NCBI GenBank assembly: GCA_965261595.1
Contig: CBDHDG010000004.1
Coordinates: forward strand, 128,001 to 192,000
Direction of reading: 5' to 3'
DNA length: 64,000 bases
Source: a bacterium
GTDB taxonomy: Bacteria > UBA8248 > JACPRG01 > G963555815
Shown one piece after another: positions 11,129 through 22,049 of the stretch; position 1 is the stretch's first letter, and each line of letters opens with the position of its first letter. Made by a program: the position numbers and the translations under genes. The notes under the pieces are model-generated. The model was given only the letters and a program-made list of their open reading frames with translations. It was not told where the DNA came from and made no database searches.

Positions 11129-12330
11129 ATGATTGATCCGCAAACCCTGATTTCTTCCGGGCGTCGCGATCGCGGACGCCCCCCGGCGCGCCGATCGGGA
11201 TTGTTCGCCCCGGCGCTGGCGGCGTTTCTGGCGCTGGCCGTGTGGGTGGGCGCGGCGGCGCCGGCCCGAAGCGACGAGTCTCCTTTGCTGCTCATGTTCA
11301 AAGGGCAGGCCCTCAATAATCAAGGGCGCTACGAAGAGGCGGGAAAAATCCTCCGGCGCGCCGTGACGCTCAGCCCCGCTGAGACCTTCGGACGGAACCA
11401 GCTTGGTCTTTCGATGGCCAAGTTGGACCAGCGGGCGGAGGCTGTCGCGCAATTCCGGCAAGTCCTGCGGCTGGACCCGGATAACTTTTTCGCGCGCGCC
11501 TGGCTCGGGGTGCTCAAGCAAAACCCCATCGACCGGCTCCTCCCCTCCAAGCCGAAGGCCCTATCGCTGCAGGAGCGCTTGGCGCTGAGCGAGGAGAAGC
11601 GCATGCTCTCGCGTCTTTCGGGAGGAGGAGGATTGAACCTGCGCATCGGACGGGTCGTCATCGATCCCGGCCACGGAGGCTGGGATTCAGGGGCCAAAGG
11701 CCCGACCGGATACATGGAAAAGCAGGCCACCCTCGATATCTCCAGGACCTTGAACCGCTTGCTGACGCGGCGGGGCGGGGGCGGGGGAGGGAAGGTGAAG
11801 TCGTTTCTGACCCGGTGCGGGGATTATTACCTTCCGCTAGCCGAGCGGACGACCATCCCAACCAATACCGCGCGGACATCTTCGTCAGTATCCACATCAA
11901 CTCCAACAACAACCGCGGGGCCAACGGAACGCAAACGTTCTTTTCCTCTGAAAAGGCCTCCAGCAAAGAGGCCGCCCGCGTGGCGAGCCGGGAGAACGCG
12001 GTGGCGCGTGAAGAAGGGGTGTTTCCCGCCAGACCCGGTTTTGTGGACATCGAAGACATCCTCTTCCGGTTCGAGCGAAAGCTCTACTGGTCGGACAGCG
12101 AGAGGCTGGCCTCACGGTTTCAACGCGGCACGGGCGGCGCCCTGGGCCTGAAAAACCGGGGGATCGCGTCGGCCAATTTCTTCGTCCTGCGAAACGCGCG
12201 GATGCCCGCGGTGCTGGTCGAAGTGGCGTTCATCTCAAACCCGCGGGAAGAAGCCCTGCTGAAGACCCGGTCGTTTCGCACGAAGGTGGCCGAGACGATC
12301 TTCACGCAAATCATGAGCTACCGGCGATGA
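11129..12330 (+). pseudogene. TPR-containing N-acetylmuramoyl-L-alanine amidase (Amidase_3), frameshifted near 11858
   Basis: Signal-like segment, TPRs and VVIDPGHGG in one frame; ADIFVSIHIN, PAVLVEVAFISN in another; junction at LAERTTI/(A)NQYRAD. The shift may be a sequencing error. Confidence 0.8.
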
Positions 12331-13199
12331 GACCTTCCGCGCGAAAATCGGTCATTTGGCTGGGGTGGATCCTGCTCGCCGTCGCGTCCGCGTGGGCTTT
12401 TCCCCCCGAGGCGTCTCCGCAAACGCAAGGGCTGGTTTTCGAGGCGGTTCGTGAACGTGAGAAAGGAAACCTGGATCAGGCCCTCGACCTGTTTCGGCGC
12501 GCCGTCGCCGCCAATCCCAGGCACCGGTTCAGCACGTTCGCCCGAAACCAGATGGCGCTCATCCTGGCGAAACAGGGGAAGATCCCCGAGGCCCTGCGCG
12601 TGTTCGAGGAAGTCCAGGGGATCGATTCGAAGAACACGTTCGCGCGGCTTTGGGCGGGCATCCTCCGGCTGAAGCGGGGAGAGATGGACCGGGCCTTCGC
12701 GGCATTTCAGAAAGTCGCCCGCATCGATCCGCAAAACGCGGACGCCTACTACTACATGGGCGCCATCTACAGCTTTCGGCGCAACCGCCGGACGGCCATC
12801 GAGTTTTTGAAAAAGGCGCGCGACGCGAACTCCGATGAGGCCGACACCCATTTTCGGCTGGCCCAGGCCTTTCACAACGCCGATATGGTGGAAAACGCCC
12901 TGCTTGAGTATCAGAGGACCCTGGACCTCAACCCCCGATACACGAAGGCGATGAATTCGATGGGCTGGATATACTACAATCGAAATCAATTCGATCGGGC
13001 CGTCGGGCTCTGGGGAAAGGCCCTGCGCCTGAACCCCAAAGACCGGGAGGCCCGGTTCAACCTGGCCAAGGCGTACAATGATGCTGCTTGGAGGCGCCAC
13101 CAGGCCGGAAAGCGAGACGAAGCCCGGCGGTTTTGGAGAAAGACGTTGGGTGTTCATCCCCGAAACAAGGCCGCCAAATGGAACCTGAAAAACCTCTAG
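12327..13199 (+). CDS. Exported TPR-repeat protein
   Basis: Signal peptide (ASA-WA) then ~7 TPR-like repeats; ATGA overlap with the amidase stop. Confidence 0.85.
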   Translation: MRPSARKSVIWLGWILLAVASAWAFPPEASPQTQGLVFEAVREREKGNLDQALDLFRRAVAANPRHRFSTFARNQMALILAKQGKIPEALRVFEEVQGIDSKNTFARLWAGILRLKRGEMDRAFAAFQKVARIDPQNADAYYYMGAIYSFRRNRRTAIEFLKKARDANSDEADTHFRLAQAFHNADMVENALLEYQRTLDLNPRYTKAMNSMGWIYYNRNQFDRAVGLWGKALRLNPKDREARFNLAKAYNDAAWRRHQAGKRDEARRFWRKTLGVHPRNKAAKWNLKNL

Positions 13200-13281
13200 A
13201 CGGCCCGGGGCCGCCTCGGCGGAGTCATTCGGGTCACCCGGCATTCAGCGGAAGAATCAAAATCGGAAGAGGAGGCGAGGA

Positions 13282-14305
13282 ATGAAGCCAAGATGGATTT
13301 CCCGGATGATCAGCGCGCCTTTGGGGGTCATGCTTTTTCTCGCGGGGCCGGCCTGGGCGCAACCCGACTGGGTGAAACAGGAGCGCCAATCCACCCTTCG
13401 CCGGGCCGAGCCGATCCGCGTCGGGGGCAGACAGCGCGGCCGCTCCATCGTGGACTGGCAACAGGGCTACATCCAGGTCACGACGCGGGCCACCGCCGAC
13501 CCGAAGATGTGCGTCAACATCTTCCAGTGCGCAGTCTCGCCGATCGGGCCGCGCGGACGCTGGCCTATGTCGAGCTTACCCGGATTATCAAGGGCGTGAG
13601 CGTGACCGCCTCGACCATCCTCCGGGATGAATTGGTCAAGGTGTCGGCGGCCCGGACGTTTGTGCGGGGTTTCATTCGGGGCGCCCGGCAGATCGGCGAG
13701 ACGCGGTTCAGAGAGATTCAGGGGACGAAACACGTCGAGGCCGAGGTGAGCATGGGCGTTCTGATCAATGGGGGCCTGACGCGCGGGATCCTGAAGCTCG
13801 AGTATAAGAAGCCGCCGATTCCGCCCCAACAAACCTACCGGCCCAAGACCTTCACCGTGAAGCTGGCGCCGCCTCCGCCCCGCCGGTCCGGCCGCCTTCG
13901 CAGGCGCCCGCGCCGAAGAAGGAGAGCGCCGCGTCTCCACCCGTCGCGCCCGGGGCCGTCTACACCGGGGTGATCATCGACGCCTCCGGCCTGGGGGCGC
14001 GGCCCGCCCTGGTCGCGAAGCTGCGGACACCGGACCTGAAGGTGTTTTAGGGGACGCACCTGGTCCCCCGTGAGCTGGCCATGAACTTCGGACTGGCCGG
14101 ATACGCGGGGACCGCGAAACAGGCCCGAGCCACGCACAAGTCGCGGATCGGCGAAAGTCCGCTCATCGTCAAAGGGCTGAGAGCGCACGGCACGAGGAAA
14201 GCCGACATCGTGTTGAGCGAAGAGGATAGTCAAAGGGTCGTCCTGGCGGATCTCAAAGGAAAATTCCTCCAGAAGGCCAAGGTCGTCATTGTGATCGACA
14301 AGTAG
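13282..14305 (+). pseudogene. LPP20-like exported protein, disrupted (frameshifts near 13530 and 13880, in-frame TAG at 14048)
   Basis: Pieces VDWQQGYIQV, RAARTLAYVEL..IKGVSV, YTGVIIDASGLGARPAL..KGLRA..ADIVLS..KVVIVID form one architecture across three frames. Confidence 0.6.
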
Positions 14306-14312
14306 GGGAGCC

Positions 14313-15464
14313 ATGAGACACTCGATCCGCGGGGCGCGCCGCGCTTTCCCGCACCGGATCCTGACACTCCTCGCCGTCGCGGCGGGCTTGCTGCTGGGGC
14401 TGAGCGGGATCGTTTCCGCCCAGGGCGGCAAGACCCTCTCCGTTCGGGCGGAGGGGTTCGGAACCATCATCGACGGCGATGTGGCGCAGGCGAAAAGCCG
14501 CGCGGAAGCGGACGCCCGCGTTTGCGCCCTGGAGAAGGCCGTCGGGGTCTACGTAGAGGCGGAGACCCTCGTCCAGAACGAGATCCTTCTCGACACGGCC
14601 GTACGCGACAAGACGGCCGGGTTCATCCAGAACTACCGCGTGCTCTCGGAAGGGAAGGCCAACGCGGGGACGTACCGGGTCGAGATCGAAGCCTGGATTG
14701 TCCCGAAGGCATTCCAGGGAAAACTGAAGCGTTTGCTCAGCAACGCCTCGGTCATCGTCCGGATCCCCGAGCGGCTCTGCGGCGAGCGGGTGGATGGCCC
14801 GACCATTGAAAATGAGGTCATCTCCGCTTTGACCGACCAGGGGTTCCGGGTCCTGGATCCCGAACAGGCCCGGAAAATCAAGCGCCGGGACGTTGCGCTC
14901 CTGACGCAAAAGCGGGACCGGAGCGCCCTGACCCGGACGGCCCTGAGGTTTCTATCCAACATCATCGTGGGCGGAGTCATCGAGGCGAAGCACGGTCAGA
15001 AGAACTTCGGTATTTACACCGCCCGCATGACCGGAAACATCCGAGTGGTGGAGGCCGACACGGCCAACATCCTGGCCAATAAGCGGATTCCCCGGAAGGT
15101 CCGGGGCGCGGCGGGTCTGAACTGCCGGGACGCGGCGGGCAAGGCCATCGACATGTTGGCCCCCGAACTGACGAAGTTCGTGACCGAGGCCTTGAGCGCG
15201 CACCCGAAGCAGAACCGCCGAAAAATCACCGTTGAAGCGCACGGACTCAAGACCGCCGGCGATTTTCAACGACTCCAGTTTCTCTTGAAGGAGATGGCCT
15301 GGGTCACGAACGTCCAGCCCCAGAGCTACACGAGGCGGACCGGCCGACTGACGCTTTCCTATCCCGAAAAGGTCGTCTATCTCGCGACCAGCCTGAACCG
15401 TCGCGCGGAGTATGAAGTGGCGTCGTTCGATTACAGCACGATCCTGTTGAAGACGAAGCCGTGA
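14313..15464 (+). CDS. Exported protein with FlgT N-terminal-like domain
   Basis: Signal peptide; AKSRAEADARVCALEKAVGVYVEAETLVQN...GFIQNYRVLSE resembles FlgT-N/LPP20-type domains. Confidence 0.6.
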   Translation: MRHSIRGARRAFPHRILTLLAVAAGLLLGLSGIVSAQGGKTLSVRAEGFGTIIDGDVAQAKSRAEADARVCALEKAVGVYVEAETLVQNEILLDTAVRDKTAGFIQNYRVLSEGKANAGTYRVEIEAWIVPKAFQGKLKRLLSNASVIVRIPERLCGERVDGPTIENEVISALTDQGFRVLDPEQARKIKRRDVALLTQKRDRSALTRTALRFLSNIIVGGVIEAKHGQKNFGIYTARMTGNIRVVEADTANILANKRIPRKVRGAAGLNCRDAAGKAIDMLAPELTKFVTEALSAHPKQNRRKITVEAHGLKTAGDFQRLQFLLKEMAWVTNVQPQSYTRRTGRLTLSYPEKVVYLATSLNRRAEYEVASFDYSTILLKTKP

Positions 15465-17063
15465 GCGCCTTCCGCCCGTTCCGCCGGCCCGCGGCGCCGG
15501 CCGCCGCCGTCCTCTTGGCCGCGGTCCTCTTTCTGGCCGCCGCCCCGCCCGTCCGGTCTCAGGGGATCACCGAGTCGTCGGGAATCGAAGCCCTCCGCGA
15601 GGCCCGGGAGTTCGTCGAGAGCGGACGGTTCCTCGAGGCCGCCGGGTTCCTGCAAGAGCTGGCCGAGTTGACGCCCTCGGACGAAATCAGGGCCCGCGCG
15701 CGGAAACTCGCCGGAGACGTCCTGAGCTACTGGCTTGAGAAGAGCAGGGCGGACCTGTCGGCTTACCTGGAGGCCCTCAAGGGGCCCCTGGATGGCACCG
15801 GGCGCTCGGCCGCGCTCTTCAACGTCGGGATGCTCTATTACGAGGAGCGGGATTTCGCCGATGCCGCGCAGGCCATGGAGACGTACCTCCGCGAGTTCCC
15901 GGCCGGCCTGCGGGCGCCCACGGCCCGGTTCATCCTTGAGCTGGCGAAAGGGAAGGCCGGAGAAAAAGAGGCCCCGCCGCCCGAAGTCGAGCGTGAGAAG
16001 CCCTCCGTCGCCCTGGAGACGGATCCGGAGATCCGTGTGAGGGTCTTGAAGGGAACGCGTAGCGCGGAGCTGGCCTCGGACAAGCCGATGAAGATTCGGA
16101 TTCTCAAACAGGCGAGCGAATTCCGCCTCGGGGCCGCTGTCCGTGTGGAGGTCCGCTCGGGCCGCCTTCACGTTCTGGGCCGGGCGGTCGGGGGCGACGC
16201 CGCGGAGATCCGCCCGACGCAAGGGACGATCAGGCTCAACGGAAGGGCGTATCGGGGCCGGTTGACGGTACGCGTTGAAGACGGGCGTCTCCTCGTCGTG
16301 AACACGCTCAAGCTGGAGAATTATCTCCGGGCGGTCGTCCCGAAGGAGATGATCGCGAGTTGGCCCATCGAGGCGCTCAAGGCCCAGGCGGTCGCGGCCC
16401 GGACGTACGCCCTCTACCAGCGCCGCAAACGCATGGATTACCTCTACGACGTGGACGCGACGATCCTCTCGCAGGTTTACGGCGGGGAAAAGACCGAGCG
16501 GCCGAAGACCGACCGGGCCGTCTCCGAGACCCGGGGAAAGGTCCTCCTGAAAGGAGGCCGTCTCGTCCTGGCCTATTTCCACGCCAACAGCGGGGGTTTC
16601 ACCGAGGATTCGGGAAACGTGTGGCGGGTCAGCTTTCCGTACCTGCAATCCAAGGCGGACCCCTACAGCCGCCGGAAGAAGAGCGCCTGGGCGTACGGTC
16701 TGTCGCTGGCCGAGCTCTCCCGCCGCCTGAAGAGGCGGGGCATCCGGGTGGGACGGGTATCCCGGGTCATCCCGCTGGAGCGGACCGCCTCGGGACGCAT
16801 CAAGGCGTTTCGCGTGGTGGGCAGCCGGGGAAGCCGGAAGCTTTCGGGCAACACGTTCCGCATCGGCGTCGGGTCCACCCGGATGCGGAGCACCCTCGTC
16901 CAGTTCCGGGGGGGGGGATAGCCGTTTGAAAATGGAAGGCCGGGGTCTCGGCCACGGCGTCGGGATGAGTCAGTGGGGCGCCAACGAGATGGCCCGGCGC
17001 GGGATGAGTCATCGGAAGATCCTGTCCTTTTATTATCCGGGAACGCGGTTGACGGGCCGTTGA
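15461..17063 (+). CDS. SpoIID/LytB-domain lytic transglycosylase with N-terminal TPR; frameshift in G run ~16908-16917
   Basis: LENYLRAVVPKEM, EALKAQAVAARTYA, SQVYGG; conserved C-terminus GRGLGHGVGMSQWGA..ILSFYYPG lies in another frame after a G homopolymer. Confidence 0.85.
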
Positions 17064-17134
17064 GCGGAACGGCTCACCGAGAAGAGATGGTTCAACACCA
17101 AAATAATCTGGTTCCCTTCAGGGAGGTGACAACC

Positions 17135-18610
17135 ATGCGGCGCCTCAGCCAAACTTTGTTCTTCGGCCTCGCGGTCCTGTTTCTTCTCGCGCCTGTTTCG
17201 GCGCGCGCCCAGTGGGGAGCGGGGCAATGCCTGGTGCCAGGTCTCAGCCCCTCCGCTGTGATCGCGTCGTGCGAGGACGCCCTCAACATCGACCCGACGC
17301 ATCCCGAGGTTCTCTATAAGATCGGCTGGGCGTTGTCCGAAATGGGGGATCACCTTGAGGCCGTCTTGTCCTACCGGGAGGCGATCCGGAACCAGCCGAA
17401 CTACCCCCAGGCTTACTTCGGCCTGGGGAAGTCGCTGGAAAAGCTCGATCGTTTCGATGAAGCCATCGCCGCTTACCGGAAGGCCCTCCGGCCGAATCCG
17501 GAGAACGCCGCCGCGGAGAAGCTGGACACCGCCGCGAAGAAGCGGATCGATTCGCTCTCGGCGGGGATGCAAAGCCCGAAAAAGGAAGAGCCGCCTCGCG
17601 CCCTGGCGGCCAAAAAAACAGATCGAAAGACTGAGAAGCGGCGGAAAAAGGCCGCGCCCCTCGCCAAACGCAAGGTCGAGCGGAAAGAAGGATCCGTTTC
17701 GAAGCGCCCCAAGGCGGGAGAAAACCGTCCGGAGAAGCGGGCGCGGCTCGACGCCCCGAAATCACCGAAAAAGAGGACAGGGAAGGGGGGTGAGGAAGGG
17801 AAATTTCGCTTCGCGAAGGGGAAGGTCAACAAATACGCCGTCATCATCGGCAACCGGAATTACAACAAAAATTCCAAGGACATCCCCAACGTGAAGTTCG
17901 CCCATAACGACGCCGACGCCGTTTACGCCTACGTGAGGCGGGCGCTGGGTTACCGGGAAGGAAACATCATCCGTCTCCGGGACGCGACGCAGGCCCAGCT
18001 TGTCAGCACGTTCGGGACAAAGGCTGATCACCGGGGGAAGCTGAACAACTGGGTGCGGCCCGGAAAGTCGGACGTCTTCATTTTCTACTCGGGTCACGGG
18101 GTTCCGGGTCTTTCCGACGGACGCAGTTACCTGCTCCCCGTGGACGCCGATCCGGCGACGCCTCAACTGAACGGCTACCCCCTGGCAACGCTTTATGCCA
18201 ACCTCGGCAAGCTGCAGGCGCGGAGCATCACTGTGATGCTCGACGCCTGCTTCTCGGGAGGCTCGGCCGGCGGCGTAGTGGTCCGGAGCACGTCTTCGAT
18301 CGGCGTTGTTCCGAGAAAGCCCCCCCGGACGCCCGCCGGGGCCGTTGTTCCGACCGCCGCCGGAACGGACCAGGTGGCCTCTTGGGACCATGAAGCCCGG
18401 TTGGGACTTTTCACCCGTTACGTTCTTGAGGGACTCGCCGGGGCCGCCGATCGGGATGAGTTCGGCGACGGCAACGGAAAGGTGACGCTGGCCGAGCTGG
18501 GGAATTTCCTCAAGGACGAGATGACCTACCAGGCCCGGCGCCGGTTCGGCCGGCGGCAGACGCCCGAATTGAAGGGAAACCCCGGACGGGTGTTGAGTAC
18601 GGTGCGGTAG
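17135..18610 (+). CDS. Exported TPR + caspase-like (peptidase C14) protein
   Basis: GGAGG RBS, signal peptide, 3 TPRs, Lys/Arg-rich linker, YAVIIGN, FYSGHG and LDACFSG (His-Cys dyad intact). Confidence 0.85.
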   Translation: MRRLSQTLFFGLAVLFLLAPVSARAQWGAGQCLVPGLSPSAVIASCEDALNIDPTHPEVLYKIGWALSEMGDHLEAVLSYREAIRNQPNYPQAYFGLGKSLEKLDRFDEAIAAYRKALRPNPENAAAEKLDTAAKKRIDSLSAGMQSPKKEEPPRALAAKKTDRKTEKRRKKAAPLAKRKVERKEGSVSKRPKAGENRPEKRARLDAPKSPKKRTGKGGEEGKFRFAKGKVNKYAVIIGNRNYNKNSKDIPNVKFAHNDADAVYAYVRRALGYREGNIIRLRDATQAQLVSTFGTKADHRGKLNNWVRPGKSDVFIFYSGHGVPGLSDGRSYLLPVDADPATPQLNGYPLATLYANLGKLQARSITVMLDACFSGGSAGGVVVRSTSSIGVVPRKPPRTPAGAVVPTAAGTDQVASWDHEARLGLFTRYVLEGLAGAADRDEFGDGNGKVTLAELGNFLKDEMTYQARRRFGRRQTPELKGNPGRVLSTVR

Positions 18611-18700
18611 GCCTCAGGCGCTTATCGGGTGAAACATGCACCGACAAAGAGCGGGGGAAAGAGGGGAGGGGGGGCTGTCCTGCGACAGCGCGCTCTTCGC

Positions 18701-19670
18701 TCAGAGCCACTTCTTTCGCTTGAAGAAAAAAATCGATCCGAGCGTCACCGCCCCCATCAACCCCAGGGCGTAAAAGTATCCATATCGGTACCCGAGCTCC
18801 GGGATCCATTCAAAGTTCATCCCGTAGATCCCCACAACCAGTGTGAGGGGCATCATGATCGTCGCGATGATGGTCAGGACCTTCATGACCTCGTTCATGC
18901 GATTCGACATGGTGGAGAGGTAGCTGTCGGTCAGGCTCGATAAGGTGTCACGGTAGCTTTCCGCCAGATAGGAAGTCCGGACGAGGTGGTCGTAAATATC
19001 GCGGTATTCGACCGTCAGGTTCTCGGGGATGAGGGGATGGTCGGTGTGGCCTAAACGATAGAGGATTTCCTGCTGGGGCTGTGCCAGGCGGCGAAGCCGC
19101 GCGACGGCGCGTTTGAGGTTGAAGATCCGCCGCAGGGAGTTTTCGCCCGGTTGATCGAACACCTCATTCTCCAGTTCATCGATCCGGTGGTCGAACTGAT
19201 CCAGAATGGGCGTGTAATTGTCCACAAGGCCGTTGAGCAGGCTGTGCATCACCGCCGCGGGACCGCGCTTCGAGCATCCGCGTTCCCATCTCGAACCGCC
19301 GGGCCGTGTTCTCCACCGTCTGAAGCGGTTTCCCGTGGTAGCTGATGACGAAATTCTTTCCCAGGAACAGGCCGAGCTGGGTCGTCCTGAAATCCTCATC
19401 GGAGGCGTCGAAATCCACCGCATGGGCGACGACGAAGATGTGGTCTTTGTATTCATCCATCTTCGGCACCAGGCTTTCCCGCTTGGCGTTCTCCAACTCG
19501 AGGGGATGGTAATTCAGAAATTCTCCCACCCGGTCCAGGATCTCTTCGTTCCCCGTCGTCAGGTCCACCCAGATCGAGACATCTTGCCTCTCCGTATACC
19601 GGATGAGGTCCTGGACCCGGTCCACCTGGACGCCGGGCTCCTCGGGATCAAAGACATAGATGCTGGGCAC
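18701..19670 (-). pseudogene. corA: Magnesium/cobalt transporter CorA, frameshifted near 19265
   Basis: N half (WVDL, HPLELE, PKMDEY) and C half (MNEVMKVLT, GIYGMNF, PEL, YGY) in different frames; GTG start after GAAGGA. Confidence 0.85.
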
Positions 19671-19854
19671 AATCCTTCTCCAACGCGATGGATCGGTGGA
19701 TGAAACGCTGCCCGGCCGGGGGAGGAGGGGAGGGAGGGAGGCCGAAATTGTCGCCGACCTCCCCGCATTCCGTATCTTAAGGACCCTCTCCCCCGCTCTA
19801 GGGTTTTGTTGGACACTCGATTGATCCATGATTCATGGAGAAAGGGGTGTCGCG

Positions 19855-20241
19855 ATGAACGAACAAAAGCAAGAGGGGGCTTTGGCGGAGGGCGCCCGTA
19901 GGGCGAACGGAGCCAAGGCCCCAGGGCATCGCAGTGAGCGGGGTCGGTTCTCCTGCCAGCGCAAGCGGGAGGCGGTCCTGCGTCTTTTGCGGGGCGAGAG
20001 CCTGGAGACGCTCTGCCGCGAGTTGGGCACGACAGCGGCTCGGCTTTCCGCCTGGCGCGAGGCGTTCCTTCGCGGGGGCGAGGCGGCGCTCAAAGCCCGC
20101 CCGGCGGATGAGCGGGACGAGGAGAACGCCCGGCTCAAGGCCAAGGTGGGCGAACTCACGATGGAGGGCGAGGTCCTGCGGGAGAAGATCGACCGCCTGG
20201 AGGCCGGCCGCCCTTTAGCCGGCAGGAGGTGGAGGCGATGA
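19855..20241 (+). CDS. IS3-family OrfA (HTH), copy 1
   Basis: RKREAVLRLLRGE, RLKAKVGELTME coiled coil. Confidence 0.85.
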   Translation: MNEQKQEGALAEGARRANGAKAPGHRSERGRFSCQRKREAVLRLLRGESLETLCRELGTTAARLSAWREAFLRGGEAALKARPADERDEENARLKAKVGELTMEGEVLREKIDRLEAGRPLAGRRWRR

Positions 20242-21146
20242 GTCAGGCCCGCTTCACCTCCACGGGCAGAGCCTACGGCCTGAAGCGGGTGTGCGCCCTT
20301 TGGGGCTTGGCGCGCTCCACGGTCTACGCGCAACGGCGGCGAGAGGCGGTCCCCGTTCATGAACGCCCCACGCCCAATAAGCGCGGCCCTGTGGGCCCGT
20401 GCACCGATGCGGAACTCCTCGGCCACATCCGGCAGGTCCTGGAGGACTCTCCCTTCCATGGCGAGGGCTACCGCAAGGTGTGGGCGAGGCTGCGCTTCGC
20501 GGGCATCCGCACCAGCAAGGAGCGGATGCGTCGCCTGATGTGGGAGGCGGGGCTTCAGGCCCCCCACCGGGTGGGCAAACCCCGAGGTCCCAAGGCCCAC
20601 AACGGGACCATCCGCACCGAGCGGCCCGACCGAATGTGGGGCACGGACATGACGACGACGGTGACCACCGAGGAGGGGGTGGCCTCGGTGTTCGTGCCGG
20701 TGGATCACTGCTCGGTGGACTGCGTGGGGATCCATGCGGCCAAGAGCGGCAACCGCTTCGAGGCCCTGGAGCCGATCCGGCAGGGGGTCGCCGAGCGCTT
20801 CGCCGGCTTGGAGGCGGACGTCGCCGAGGGGCTTAAAGTTCGTCACGACCACGGCCCCGCCTATCTGTCCGATGACTTTCAGCGGGAGATCGCCTACCTG
20901 GGCATGACCAGTTCGCCCAGCTTCGTGCGGGCGCCCGAGGGAAATGGCTACTGTGAGTGGTTCATCCGCATCTTGAAGGAGAATCTCCTGTGGGTGCGCT
21001 CTTTCGCCACCGTAGAGGAACTGCGGTGGGCGCTGCTTGAGTTCAAGAACCTGTACAACCATCATTGGATTCTCGAGGGCTACGGCTACCGAACGCCGGC
21101 CCAGGCAAGGCAGGAAAAACTCGCTCAAGTTGCGGAGGCCGCATGA
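20238..21146 (+). CDS. IS3-family OrfB (DDE integrase core), copy 1
   Basis: GYRKVWARL, WGTDMT, HDHGPAY, EGNG.CE; ATG overlaps the orfA TGA. Confidence 0.9.
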   Translation: MSQARFTSTGRAYGLKRVCALWGLARSTVYAQRRREAVPVHERPTPNKRGPVGPCTDAELLGHIRQVLEDSPFHGEGYRKVWARLRFAGIRTSKERMRRLMWEAGLQAPHRVGKPRGPKAHNGTIRTERPDRMWGTDMTTTVTTEEGVASVFVPVDHCSVDCVGIHAAKSGNRFEALEPIRQGVAERFAGLEADVAEGLKVRHDHGPAYLSDDFQREIAYLGMTSSPSFVRAPEGNGYCEWFIRILKENLLWVRSFATVEELRWALLEFKNLYNHHWILEGYGYRTPAQARQEKLAQVAEAA

Positions 21147-21367
21147 GGTCGAATACCCTCACCCGAGTGTCCAATAACCCAGGGGCGGTCCACCTCCCCG
21201 CCGAATGGCAAGCCCAAAACAATCGGCGCGGGCGGACCCCTTTCCCATTTCAGTGGTATATAATCCGGCGTTGGCTGTCCGCGGATAGATTGGCGGCGTC
21301 TTCTGAGGGTTGCGGATGATGCCGGTCCGGGCGACCCCCGGCCGATGCGCCGCGTTTGGGAAATCCA

Positions 21368-22033
21368 TTGATCGATTTGCATACGCATTCATTCTTGAGC
21401 GACGGCTCGCTCATCCCCTCGGAGCTTCTCCGGCGGGCCGAGCACAAGGGGATCGAGGCCCTCGCCATTACGGACCATGTTGACGCCTCGAACGTTGATT
21501 TCGTGGTTCCCCGTCTGGTCGAGGTCTGCCGGGCCTGCGCCCGCCACATGGAGATCCGGCCGATTCCGGGGGCGGAGATCACCCACGCTCCGCCCGAAAC
21601 CATCCCCGGACTGGCGGAACAGGCCCGGGCGCTGGGCGCGGCCATCGTCATCGTCCACGGGGAGACCCCGGCGGAGCCCGTAAAGCCGGGGACCAACCGG
21701 GCGGCGCTGGACGCCCCCATCAATTTTCTGGCCCACCCGGGCCTCATCACGCCCGCTGAGGTCCAGCTGGCGAAAGAGCGGGGGATCGCCCTCGAAATTA
21801 CGGCCCGAAAAGGACACAACATCGCGAACGGACACGTTGCCCGTCTGGCGCTGGCGGTGGGCGCGGAGCTTGTTCTGAACACGGACGCCCATGACCCGGG
21901 CGACCTGATCGGCGACGAGATGGCGCGGACGATCCTCCTGGGCGCCGGGATTCCCGAGGATCGGCTGGACTCGATCTTCACGAAGATGCAGATACTCGCA
22001 AACGAGGCCGGCGCCGGCTTGGGCCCGGCTTAA
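21368..22033 (+). CDS. PHP-family phosphoesterase
   Basis: IDLHTHS, AITDH, GAEITH, LAHPG, NTDAH metal-binding motifs. Confidence 0.88.
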   Translation: MIDLHTHSFLSDGSLIPSELLRRAEHKGIEALAITDHVDASNVDFVVPRLVEVCRACARHMEIRPIPGAEITHAPPETIPGLAEQARALGAAIVIVHGETPAEPVKPGTNRAALDAPINFLAHPGLITPAEVQLAKERGIALEITARKGHNIANGHVARLALAVGAELVLNTDAHDPGDLIGDEMARTILLGAGIPEDRLDSIFTKMQILANEAGAGLGPA

Positions 22034-22049
22034 CGAGGGAAAAGGTTCT

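Larger units (their letters stand above)
19789..21192 (+). mobile_element. IS3-family element, copy 1 (1404 bp)
   Basis: Imperfect IRs TCCCCCGCTCTAGGGTTTTGTTGGACACTCG / CGAGTGTCCAATAACCCAGGGGCGGTCCA; 4-bp TSD CCTC (19785-88, 21193-96); near-identical copies at 44.0 and 50.2 kb. Confidence 0.93.

Noticed and set aside
14048..14050. In-frame TAG in the LPP20-like gene as possible pyrrolysine or readthrough
   Set aside because: The gene also has two frameshifts, TAG is one substitution from a Tyr codon, and no pyl genes are in the window.
16908..16917. G homopolymer in the SpoIID gene as a phase-variation switch
   Set aside because: Cannot be told apart from a homopolymer sequencing error given the many other indels.
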